A stretch of DNA of 64,000 nucleotides, from the NCBI GenBank assembly GCA_964036045.1, contig OZ038378.1, positions 162,688,001 through 162,752,000 of the forward strand. The letters run 5' to 3'. Shown in pieces: positions 24,471-35,586 of the stretch. The stretch's first letter is position 1; every line of letters starts with the position of its first letter. Position numbers and translations under genes: made by a program. This DNA is from Eutreptiella sp. 'Long Island Sound 2002'. Lineage: Eukaryota > Protista > Euglenida. Under the pieces are notes generated by a model. The model was not told the DNA's origin. It did no database searches and worked only from the letters and a program-made list of their open reading frames with translations.

Positions 24471-26160
24471 GGTAGGTATCAAGTATCTGTAAAGTCAAGC
24501 ACGGCCGCCAGTTGTTTTTGTATCCGATACTGTATGGTTTTGCTTCCCTCTGCAGGCGCCGGAGTGAAGCCGGAGGCGGAAGAACTTGAGCAACAAGAAG
24601 TCATATGATGCAGAGCCAGAAAAAATTAGAAGTGGGCTTGGTTAAAAGTTGATTGTCTACGAAGTCAACGGTTAATTGAAGCCTTGAAGAGTTTAGAAGT
24701 GGGGAGTTGTACAATATTTTTAAGTTCTGATGGTCAAGATTTCAGTTTTCTTTGAAGAGATTGTTCCATATTGGCTTTGTGTGTGATTGTGTCCTTTTGA
24801 CGTCTGAGATTTTACTTGATTTTGACATTGGAATTGGTACTGTGTTTCAGCAGTTTTTAGCGAACAAAAATTGTCACAACTCCTCTCATCCTCACCAATA
24901 TTTAGTGTTGCAGGGGTGCACCACACCACACTAAATATTTATTTATGTGATAAATCGGCTCCACAACAATTAATGTTCCTTGAAATTTGGTATTTACCGG
25001 GTAGATCATCATGCAATGGTTTTGGCACAGGCAGAAATCTATATGTTGGTTAGGATGATTGGGTGGTGTGTATGTGCCCTAAAGGTTGGTGTTTGGTGAG
25101 TGGAGTAAACCTTATTCAATGAAGAGGGGCCGGTGTTCTGAGAAGAAACAAACGCATTTGTAGAAACTTATCTGTGTCGTCTATTGCACATAGCAGAAAG
25201 AAAGAAAGATGAAATGTCACCCAAAATACCAAAAGCATATGTGCCATCAAAAAGATGAATTCCTCCAATGGTGTGTTTGGGATCACCTGTACATGATAGT
25301 GAACCTGATCGGATCTACCGCAGCATCCAATGGTTGCTACTAGCTGCCCCTTTGTGGGGTGTAGACATCGGTTTTGGATGTTTTCTAATTTTTCACAAAG
25401 ATCGACTCTGCGTTTTGGGGAATGGATGGCACTGTTCGTTGATCTTGCAGTGAGGTTGTCGTTTTTCTGGGCACCACATAAATCCCATATACACCAACCA
25501 GCTCTATTTCCGGCCACAAGTCTCTAACCATGGTGGGCAGATGGTCGAAAGCACACGCAGATTGACCACGTTGTGACATATGGGTTAAAAAAAAAACACT
25601 TTGTGCGCAGTTCACCACAATGAACGGTTAGCTGAATATTATTAAGAAGTGATATCAATACTAGAAATGGCCTCTTTGTTTGTATGTATGGATTATTTCT
25701 CAAAAAAAACTGCAAATACCCTAGACTTGCATTCATATGAACAGCTTCTCGGGCCACCTAGATCTCGGCCTCTCTGGAACAGTGGCTTCTTGACGAAAGT
25801 ATTTCTTACTACTAACAACACACGGTACGGAACCGTGACATCACAATATGATTTCTCCCAGCCCTACCGCCCAACTCCAATGCGCCTACCCCTGTCCATT
25901 GCATGGCCAAAGTGCCAACCTATGCATCATGAACAATTCCCTCTAACCCTATCCCTACACCGAATACTTTGTACAAACAGTAAAAATTTTGTTACACCCC
26001 ATAGGAGGGACAGCGTGGTAATACAATGACACAATCTATAAAAACAATCTTTTAAAATGTGTCGCAAAATAATCCTGCCACAATTAAGCAAATGTTTTAG
26101 AATGACAAGTGCAGGCTGCACCGTTGGTTTACAAACACTGTGCAATGCTCGCATTTGATC

Positions 26161-26186
26161 ACTTTCTGGGTGTCTATTTTTTTTAT
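26161..26186 (+). other. Genomic relict of the euglenid spliced leader (SL)
   Basis: ACTTTCTGGGTGTCTATTTTTTTT matches the first 24 nt of the Euglena SL ACTTTCTGAGTGTCTATTTTTTTTCG at 23/24. It is not followed by a recognisable SL-RNA intron. Confidence 0.85.
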
Positions 26187-26199
26187 GTCCCTAGATCCG

Positions 26200-28282
26200 C
26201 AATGAATTGGGGTCCTGGGCATGACCAATCACTAAAAACTGCACCCATTTGTTGAAGAAGCAGTACAGAACGCCCGATCACAGCTTCAGGCGTGCAAGAG
26301 CGTGATTACCGCAACATTACTAACAGCTAAAGTCACAGACGATTTTACGAAGCGCCACAGGCCCTTTTTGCGTATTTCAGGTGGGTTTTTGAGGTAAAAC
26401 GACGTCTTGGTGGTCAACTTGTAGCCCAACGCCTTTCTATCTGCGAGTTGAGTAGTACTGGAATAGTCCAAGATCTGCAAATATGTGTCCGTCGATACTG
26501 TGCAGTAGGGCACCTTTGGCACCGTCAACGACGATATGTTTCAGGGGACCTTTGTGCCCGTATCTAGCCGCTGACCGCTGCATGTTCTCTCACGCCTTTT
26601 TTAACAAATCTTACAACGTCGACAGTCCCAATGGGTTCGCCGCAAATGAAATGGAGCCGTTGTTCCCAACTGCCTGTTGTGTTGTCTCGCCGCACTCTCA
26701 CGCCTTCTTTCAGAACTCTTACACCGCCGACAGTCCAAATGGGTTCGCCGCAACTGAAATGGAGCCGTCATTCCCAACTGCCTCCTATGTTGTCTCGCCG
26801 CAACAATATCATTCACTCCCCAAAATGTGAGAATTCATGAAGTACCACGGCCTGACCAATCTGAAGTGGAGCCCTTCTTCCCCACTGCCTGTCCAACTAT
26901 TTCGCCGCAACAACGTCTATCACAGTCAGAGACCTTTAGCCAGGATGAGAACACTCATCATGGTCTCGACAGTCTATTGGATGATACCCATGTGGACGTC
27001 AGTATGTCAAAGGTCACCGAACTCTATCACACACGCGCAATTTGCTTTACGAGCGAGCTGACGAGTTTGTCTGTGAGATTCAAAAGTCAACAGACTCCAC
27101 CGCAAAGCATGAGATGCATGTCATCGCCTTCCAAAGCCGAGAAGCCGCAACCGCACCATCACCGCAACCGCACCGTCACCGACGGTGTCCAGAAGTTCAT
27201 CATCAACATACAATCTGGTCCCATCTTTCGGATGAGTGCTCCGAGGAAGAAGATGACGCGTGTAATCAAGACTACCTTGCAGAGCCACCGAAAGTGGAGC
27301 GCAGCCACGCCCAGTCCAACACAGTTTTCAGTGCTGATGAGAAACTTCACTTCGTGGAACTCTCAATTCTCTCTGAATCCTGGGCCTCGCAATTTGAGAA
27401 CGAACTCCGAAAATCAACAGACCAGTACATTGCGCCTTTGCGCACACTGTCACACGGCTTTGCCAACAATCTCCCAACCTATGTCGAGGAGCGCCGCTCA
27501 ACACCGCCTCCGCCCTCACCCTGGCAGCTACCATCCGCCGGCACTTCGGCATCACTTACTTCGGCAAATTCCTCCATCCCAACCTTGCAGTCATCGACTG
27601 AGGAGTCCACACTCTCGGGGCGTTTTTGGAAAGCATCGCCAACGTCTTCTTTGAGCTCCAGTACCGGTTCTTGTTTGCGGCCTTATGACATGCCTTTCAC
27701 CCTCTCCACGGTTTCCAAAGATCTAGACTGGCTGGTCGACCATAGCGAATGTTGGACGCCAGGTGCGGCTCCTAAAGCCCCAACTCCCATCACTGCCGCG
27801 ACTCATGCGGCGAACGTAACTAAATGTCTCTCGGTGCGCACTTACACAGCACGTGCCTCCTGCTGGGGGTCTCACACGTCTGTGGTCGGTCTTTTCTTTG
27901 CTCGAGCAGTCTGTGACGATACGCAAACAGCTTTGTCAGCCTATATAACAAAACACCCTTGGCCAGCACTGCGGCTGAAGGCCATCATCAGAACTCCGAT
28001 GAGCATGCCCCCATTCGACAGGAATTATGTAGTCCACACCACATGTGGCGCCCGCGGTCTGAGGTCTGGGTAACCCATTGGGAAGGACAACGAGTAGTGC
28101 AATGTCGGACAACCTCTCCGTGCCCTGTAGCGCCCGTCACACTCACGGCACCTCCTACAGACCGCACTACTAGTTTCCTTTGCTCTGAGCACCGGAAACA
28201 TCGCACAGAGCGCAACTTGGATTTCCAGCACTGGGCCTCCACTGGGGTCTCTCGCTGTAGCCGTTCCAGTCCATGCCAATGA
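26200..28282 (+). pseudogene. Processed (retro)pseudogene downstream of the SL relict
   Basis: ATG about 14 nt after the SL, then a chain of same-strand open frames joined by frameshifts (26200-26560, 26483-26830, 26827-27060, 27042-28073, 27959-28282). No obvious introns. Confidence 0.6.
26594..26915 (+). repeat. 108-bp (36-aa) coding tandem repeat, 2 full + 1 partial copy
   Basis: FFNKSYNVDSPNGFAANEMEPLFPTACCVVSP / FFQNSYTADSPNGFAATEMEPSFPTASYVVSP / QSEVEPFFPTACPTISP. Units start at 26594 and 26702. Confidence 0.9.
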
Positions 28283-29219
28283 ATTTTTCTTGCCCCTACA
28301 CGGGAGCTTTGAGCCCGAGGCAGTCATATATCACCCAACCGAGCTCGCTGTCATACTCAGGAATATGTGATCCCAGACACATCCCTGAACCATGCCCTGT
28401 GAATGCCTGACCGTGCTGTGCTGCCCGGATGTTTTCCCCTAGGGGTGAAGCGCAAGGGTTCGCAAAACCAGCAAAATTTTTCAATGGCAAAACAACAGCG
28501 CTTGAGTCACTTCATATCTTTACTCCCCATTTCAGGGCATTGATTTTCAGTGCCCCCCTGTTTTTACCTCAGAGCAAATCACTTAGGTTTTCGGCCTGAT
28601 TCCACACACGCCTCACCAAATATAGTATTGTAAACATAGACTGAACGGCCCATGATACAAATACACCCGGAACGCCTCATGTAAATAAAAAATGGGGAAG
28701 CAGCCCATGGACAAGTTGTGAGCATTTATCATCATCATCATGCTCGCATTTGATTTGAATTTCTTGGCAATCGCAGTTTTTTGAATCACCATCCAAGCTT
28801 AACGGTGATTGAATAAAAATACACACCTGGTTGGTACAAATAACCCTGGTCTGGCAATAATCTACCCCAAAACAACGTGTGGAGGACTCCTTGCAGGGTA
28901 GGGTAGATTTAGCTGGGTTGTGGGTGGAAACAGAGGGCAGATTTGCACCAATTGGGGGAAAGGATTTTTTTGCTTTCTCAGCCTCAATAGGTTGCCATCA
29001 CCTTGCAAACATCATTTGTGAACATATTACAACACAGAAATCTTTATCAACAACTTTGCTTCCATGACTTTAAATTTTCATACACAGGGCTTTATGGTTT
29101 GCTCCTGTGTCCCTTCAGATTCAAGAACAACATGGATGCAATGTGCAAAAATTCTCCAAGCATCAGCGTGCTGCTGAAAGTGTGTACGTGCTTTTGAGCC
29201 ATAATGTTGCCCTTTTTTG

Positions 29220-29550
29220 CCTGAGGCTGAATGTATCTCTCCACCCCTGTCCCCATCCCTCTGCCTCTCCCTGCCTTTCTGTGGCCATCACCCTCTCCCT
29301 TCTCTTAGCATCCCCGGATGTCTCTCTTGATTCCTTCTTGCGTGCCTCCCCCTCTCTCTCCTTCTGCTTGCTCTCTCCTTCCGGTACCCCCAACTCTGCC
29401 TGTCTCTTTCCCTCTTGGGCTGCCCTTACCGCTGGCCCCATACTTCTAATCTTTCCGCTCCCTCTCCCTTTCCTTCTTCCTCTCCCTCTCCCGATCCCAT
29501 CCCATCTCTCTCTCTCTTTCCTTCTTTCCCTCTTGGTCTCTCTTTGCCCC
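29220..29550. repeat. Polypyrimidine (CT-rich) low-complexity tract
   Basis: Strong C/T strand bias, read directly. Confidence 0.8.
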
Positions 29551-30170
29551 CGCCCCTTGCTGGGCTGGGATCACCAGGAATGTTGTATGGGCGATTGCTT
29601 AGAATGGGGGATAGGTGAACTCAACAACTTCAGAAGGGCAGGAATTCTGAGTCCAAAGGATTTGCGGTTAGCAAGATTACAACTCTGGGGAGGGCTCAGA
29701 CAGCCTCTGCTCCGGATGCTGAGTGCAGAGTATGGCTTGCATGCAATATGCTCGCCCGTTGGTCAAGGAGGGGTCAGCCCAAAAGAGAAAATGGAGGAAA
29801 CGAAACTCGGAGGCTAAACCGGGGGTTAGAAAGATGAATTTCAGACAAATGCAAAGGTAAATGCTGGACAAATGTACACTGAAATCACTATGGACACTGT
29901 AATATACTAGACATAATTGGAAATCCGGCCGAACAAACTGCCGCAAGTTATGCCACATGGTACCTGAAATTGTTGTTCTTGCTCCTTGGGCCATGGGTTG
30001 TGAAAGCCCACCACAAGAGAGCTAGCAAAAGACGTATGCTCTCTGCTAGGCAACTAAGATATCAACTCCTTAAGCAGCCCTAGAAAATGGACAGACCCAT
30101 AAGGGGGATGGCCCTGAGGACAAAAAGGTCAGAAAAAGAACTCCACGTTAGATGTGTCAAAAAGCCAAAT

Positions 30171-30310
30171 CACTCTCCAGGTCAAAGAGTCAAAGCAGTA
30201 TTCTTATGCGCCAAAACATTGGCTGCTACCAAAACGAAAATCCAAACCACTCTCCAGGTCGAAGAGTCAAAGCAGTATTCTTGTGCACGAAGACATTGGT
30301 TGTTACCAAA
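30171..30310 (+). repeat. 77-bp tandem duplication
   Basis: cactctccaggtc.aagagtcaaagcagtattctt.tgc.c.aa.acattgg.tg.taccaaaa at 30171 and 30248. Confidence 0.9.
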
Positions 30311-30681
30311 ATATGTAACGTACTTGACCACTTGTGGACTTTAACTTCATGCGGCCTGTGCAGCCCATTTCCAAAAAGAAAAAGTATAATGTCACAAAAA
30401 CTCATCAGCCAAGTGCATTGTTCAGTAGAAGTGAAGTGGACATAGAATTGAAGTTCTTTGTGACGTATGAAGAATTGTTGAGGGTAGATGATCGCATATT
30501 TATGTCATCTGTCACGAAACTCGATTGGTCATTTTTGAAACCAAATAATACCGAAAACGGTCCATAAAAAAATGTCCTGAACACAAAGAGTCACGAAGAG
30601 AGACCTTTCAGTTTGCCAAACGAAAAATCCACTTGTCTCATGAAATCATCAACCGTCAAGTGTTACTGTTCAAAACCCTTG

Positions 30682-31825
30682 TCAGGGCTGACCAGGGAAT
30701 CTACCCATTGGAGTCATTCCCTGCAACATCACCCCTGCTGCCATCCCGAGCTGCACCGCAGGCAGAATCTGGCCTTGCATCAACTGCACACCAGGCACAA
30801 CCTGTTGTGGCATCCCCATTATGCCCATATTGCCCACGCCCTGCCCCACCATCTGAGGAAATCCTGGTTGTCCAGGGCTGCCCAGCTGTCCCGCGAACCC
30901 CATGCCAGTTTGTTGCTGCTGCTGTTGCTGTTGTTGGTAATGAAGCTGCTGGTGCTGGTGCTGCTGGGACAGCAACTGTGGTGCAGGAGCCATAGGGATC
31001 GTGACAGTAGGCCCCGCAGGGGCCAGGCACCCTGCCAAATCCGTTCGGCCATTGCTTACGAGGGCCTGTCTCATCAGCTCGTGGAGGATGTTCACAGGGC
31101 CGGTGGGGTGCTCCCATTGCTCTAATACCTGCAAGGACACAAGGCAAAAACCAGCACGTGCAGCGAGACCGCCCCGTAGTGTGCCCTGTGGGCAGTCTGG
31201 ATCATCTGTGGCCAGTTGTAATGGCAGCTCAAGACGACTTGAACGCATGCTGAGGACTGGAATGATGTGTGTCCACACACTCAATGTGTTGCTCGTGGGA
31301 CACAGGCCTAATGTGAATTGTGTGCTCCGGCGGGTGACACTGGGGGTCTCTTACATTTCAGGCCTCAACCAGCACAAGGCTGGCGGGCTGAGAGTGCACA
31401 AGGCCCGCACCATCGTGCCAAACGTTGACGCAATCCGTGGGATGGAAAGGCGTTTGCGGGCAGCAGTGTCTCCCGCAGGCGGAGAGTGCTGCCAGGAGGC
31501 GGTCTGGACCTACGTCGTGCTGGACACAGAACCCCTGGGGCATGGGGCAGACCCCCGAATCTGCCAGCAGCAGGCACCCCGCATTGCTGCAGGCCACGGT
31601 GAACCAACAGTACCCAACGGTTGTGGGAATCTGTGGACTGCGCGTAAAATGCCCTCCGCATTTCCAACGGCGGCCCACGACCTGACAGAGTTTGTCGGTT
31701 TGCAGCCCCGAAGTGACGTAGACCCTGCGCTTCTCAGTGGGTGACGCAGTGAAATGACTGGGCGATTTGATTGCGCTAATGGGGCCGAGATGTGGGCCCT
31801 GGTTGAAGTACGGGGCTTTAGCCAT
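30682..31825 (-). pseudogene. Unit A: GGxFTRS domain + LRGGL/WxHPT domain + Gln/Gly/Met-rich tail, interrupted
   Basis: Two consecutive minus-strand ORFs (31358-31825, 30682-31284) share motifs with unit B (33194-34683) and with 7488-8063. Confidence 0.5.
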
Positions 31826-33193
31826 CAGGTGTACGAGTCATCAACAGCACAAAGAGTCAAACTGGCCGCACCACTCTACAACACGGAGATACTGAGCGAA
31901 TTCCACCCGAATTCGTTCCTGGCAAACACCGAACGATTTGTAGGCGTCGCACCGCATGGGCGTGTAGGCGAGATCAATCAGCCAAGGGCCATATTCGAAC
32001 CATTTGGGTGTAGTGCGGGGGGGCCCGAATTTGACTCATAATTTCAAACACAATTTTTTCTCCGTTTCTAACGAAGCCGATTCTACTGCGAACCGAAAAA
32101 TAAACCGCAGAAAAGCGGAAGTGGCACGAGCAACAGGATCGACTCGAGCTATCGGACATGAATGGGACCATCCCGCCCGGGAAGTGCCCAATGTCTTGAG
32201 AAGGTACTTGGGAGTCCCCATGTGGATTCAGGCGTTCAGGCTAGAATTAAATCAGCTGGGAGCCCCCCCGATGTTGCCCTCTGAGAGCCCTTCCTGTGGG
32301 TTCTCGAATGCAGTCCTTTGGGTGGTGTATCGTGGTCCGAACTTGCAGCTCAGCCCATGCCAGTGGGCCAGTATCACACTGTGGACCCTGCGGCCCGGCA
32401 CCTGCTTGGGTGGCATTGGGGGCTGCGTCGACCTGTTGTCCACACCGCACATTTCATTGTTGCACAATGGTCCCTCCCCTTACAGGTCGTCGGGCACGAG
32501 CGGTTTCCTGCAGTTACATATGGCCCAACAGACGGCTCGCATGCTGCAGGGCCGCCAGTCGTCGCAAGCCCGTGCCTCTGGAATACCGCGGACTGCAGTA
32601 CAGCTGCGTTTGCCGGTTGCCGTCTTGACAGGGACCTGCTTCGGCCCTTACCGCCCATCCAATCACAACGCGGAAGACTCTGCCGAGGCATGCGGTTCAA
32701 CTTCAGTCACATGTTGGAAGGCACGATGGCCCGTTTTGCTGAGGTTTGTAATTGACGACCGTTGGTGAGGGACGAGAACATGTGGCACACGCTTTTCGGG
32801 CGCCAGCTATCTTCATGAGACACCCCGGGCCATCGCTCGTGTGGTCGCACGTGGTGTTAAAAGGCAATCAGCGGAAGTGCCGCTGCGTCGCGGTTGCACA
32901 CTGACCTGAGCGAACGCCGGCGAGCGCTTCGGACGTTTCGGCTGTCAACACCGGCAAAGTCTGTGAGGGGGGGGACACCACCTCCGGGTGTTCCGACCGG
33001 GGCCGTGCCTATCAGATGACATCGGACTTCGATATCGATATATCCGCATGTATTTCCCCGCTCTCTTTATGTGGAGTCTAGTGTGTGCGGTCCCACAACG
33101 CATTGCATGTCACCCATGCGGTCTGGACAATACATCCCGCAATGCTGGTGGCCACGGCCAATCATCGTTTACGCCTCAACCTGAAGTATCATG

Positions 33194-34683
33194 TCACTGT
33201 GCCTCCAGGCGGTGCCAATGCCGTGGCAGGCTGGTCCGACTTACCGGAGCGCGATTATCACTTCCCTGTCGCGTGTACCGGTCCGTGGTAACTGAGCCGC
33301 CCAAGGGCATTGTGTGCGGTGTGCACGCTTCACTGCACAGGACGTCTGCGGAATTGTACGTGTTTTTAGCCGCACCACGTTTTCCTTCATATCGGCAGGT
33401 GCAGGGATTTGAAGGGTTCAGGCAGCAGACCTGTGCAATGTATCCGAACCACCTTCCCGAAACGAGAGGTGTCGTAGACACCGCAGATTGGTGCTGGTCG
33501 GCAGGTGCGCACGCGCGTGTGTCTGTACCACATTGGTGTCGTATTTGATGCAGCACGTGGTTGAAAAACGCCAGTTTGACCGCTGGTATGTTGAGCGCAT
33601 ATAGACACACGCACACCTTCTGAAGAATTGCAATAGAATCTGCCGTGCCAATGGCCCGCAGCGTCTCCAACACGTCTGCACTGATTGCATTCCGCATGGT
33701 GTCGCCCCCCAAGGTCAGCAGTAGGTCCACACAGGACTGGACATCGGGGTGGAGGGGTTGCGGGACCACAACTGGCGGTTGCATTTGTTGCTGCACTGCG
33801 CCATCGATCGTCTGCAGATGGGGCTGCAGCATTGGGTGCTGCACTTGGGGACATACGTGCTGCAACTGCTGCTGCACTGGTTGGGGCTGCATGTGCTGTT
33901 GCACGTTTGGCTGCAATTGTGGTTGCATTAGGGGCTGCATCTGCTGATGCATTTGAAGCTGCATTGCCTCCTGCATGTGCTCTTGCGGAGCATGAAGCTG
34001 CATTGGCTCCTGCATGTGCTCTTGCGGAGCATGAAGCTGCATTGGCTCCTGCATGTGCTCTTGCGGAGCCGCACTCGGCTCGGCACCAGCTTGTGCGATC
34101 TGGGTCCCAGCCTGTCCCCCAAGCGCAGTCGGATGCGTCCAACCAATGCCTTGTGCCCAGACGGCCTGGATCAGGAAAGAGGCACGAGACAGAGAGGCAG
34201 GGGTCCAGCGGGTGAGAGGAGTAGGCGGGCCAAGCCCCCCTCGCAGAGGTACTGGAGGATTTTGGGTACCGAACTGGATGAACTGGATGAGCGGAATGAC
34301 AATTCACACAAATGACTGTACTGCTGAAAGAATGGTGAGCATACACTGCACAGTGCACTGCATCGTCATCCCTGGACAGCCCATTTCCTGGAGCCTCAGT
34401 TGTGACAGTGGCAGCTCTTTTTTTTTTCAATGCTGTGCACTTCGCATTTCGAGCTCGTTTTTGTGTGGGAGGCCCCCTTGGGAGCTCTCGCTTCGTCAGC
34501 TTGCGCTCTACACAGCCACGACCTGGTCAGCCAACCCCCCGGACATGCCAGTGGATTTGCGACGTCTCGGGTGCAACAGCTTTCAAATGATGTATCGGGC
34601 AGCACGTCGGGGGGATCGGTACACGGCGTGCACGCCGCGTGCTCGTGTTGGGGCCTACCTTCGCTAAACCAACGCGCAAACAA
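33194..34683 (-). pseudogene. Unit B: GGWLTRS + LRGGL/WTHPT + Gln-rich repeats + hnRNP Q/R acidic (NURR)-like domain
   Basis: The frame of 33194-34054 is open upstream to ~34300 (PVPLRGGLGP...GWTHPT). LHPDVQSCVDLL...VLETLRAIGTADSIAILQKV...KLAFFNHVLHQIR (33539-33754) parallels hnRNP Q LPQKVAEKLDEI...AIEALKEF...ALAVLQQF...KSAFLCGVMKTYR. Confidence 0.55.
33968..34070. repeat. 39-bp tandem repeat (MQEPMQLHAPQEH), about 3 copies
   Basis: tgcatgtgctcttgcggagcatgaagctgcattggctcc is repeated. Confidence 0.9.
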
Positions 34684-35526
34684 CCCCTCTTCTAGAGGGG
34701 AACCAAATGAGCCTCACCTGGACCAAGCCGCGCAGTGCTGAAGGACAACAAGCTCCTAACGTCACGGGAGAGCACCCCTCGGAGGGCAACAGGCAGCGTG
34801 TGGCATCCCAAGGAGGACTATGAGGGGATGGTGACCAGGCCTGAATAGCCTCACGGTCTGGGGCATCTGGATACAGGCGCGCCTGGGCATCCACACTACA
34901 CCAGATGTTCACGTAAAATGTCACCTCCTATGATGCCCCTGTGATTGTAGCGAAGATGATTCTTGTTGTGGAGTGCCAACCAAAAGTAGAGAGGAAGGCG
35001 TGGATAACTAAACAATACTCGGAAGAAAGACAGAAATAAAGACAGAAAGACAGAAGAGCTGCACCCACAATCTTGGACCATCCTCTCGAGGGTAGAAATA
35101 TACAACACCACGTTTACAGCCATTTTTCAGTGGTCGAACACACTCCTATTTTGTCCCACATGTGATGCCAATTGTTGGCGCTCATTCTGCCGCGGTGGCC
35201 AAATCATTGCCGTGCACTGCACTCGAGGTGTCCCCCTTGAAATGCGTCCAAGGCGAGTTTTGGGAATATGCGACAGTAGTTCATGACCCCTCGCCACAAC
35301 GCAGTCGTTGTGAACGCTTAAGAGGGGCGGGGCGTGGGGCAATCAGAAGTTGGGTTGGCGAAGGGGTGCTGCCCCCCGCCCTCTCCCCACCGACCCCCTG
35401 CAGAGCAGCGGAACCCAGAGTGAGACCTCCACCATTTTTCAGCCGATGCTTTTGCTCCAGAGCACACATGGGACACCCTGATTTTGGTGGGCAGCGGGGG
35501 GGGGGGGGGATGGCAAATTCAAGCGG

Positions 35527-35586
35527 ACAACGGCGGCAGAGCTCGTGCACAATCACAGCCTTTGACAAACACTGCGGACAGCCCCA
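35527..35586 (-). other. RanBP2-type zinc-finger-like motif inside the 35281-35880 ORF
   Basis: W-G-C-P-Q-C-x10-C-R-R-C has RanBP2 spacing but lacks the conserved Asn. Confidence 0.35.

Noticed and set aside
32250-32520. PHD-finger-like cysteines (ICNCRKP...LCNNEMC) on the minus strand
   Set aside because: There is an in-frame stop and no properly spaced HxxC/CxxC second half.
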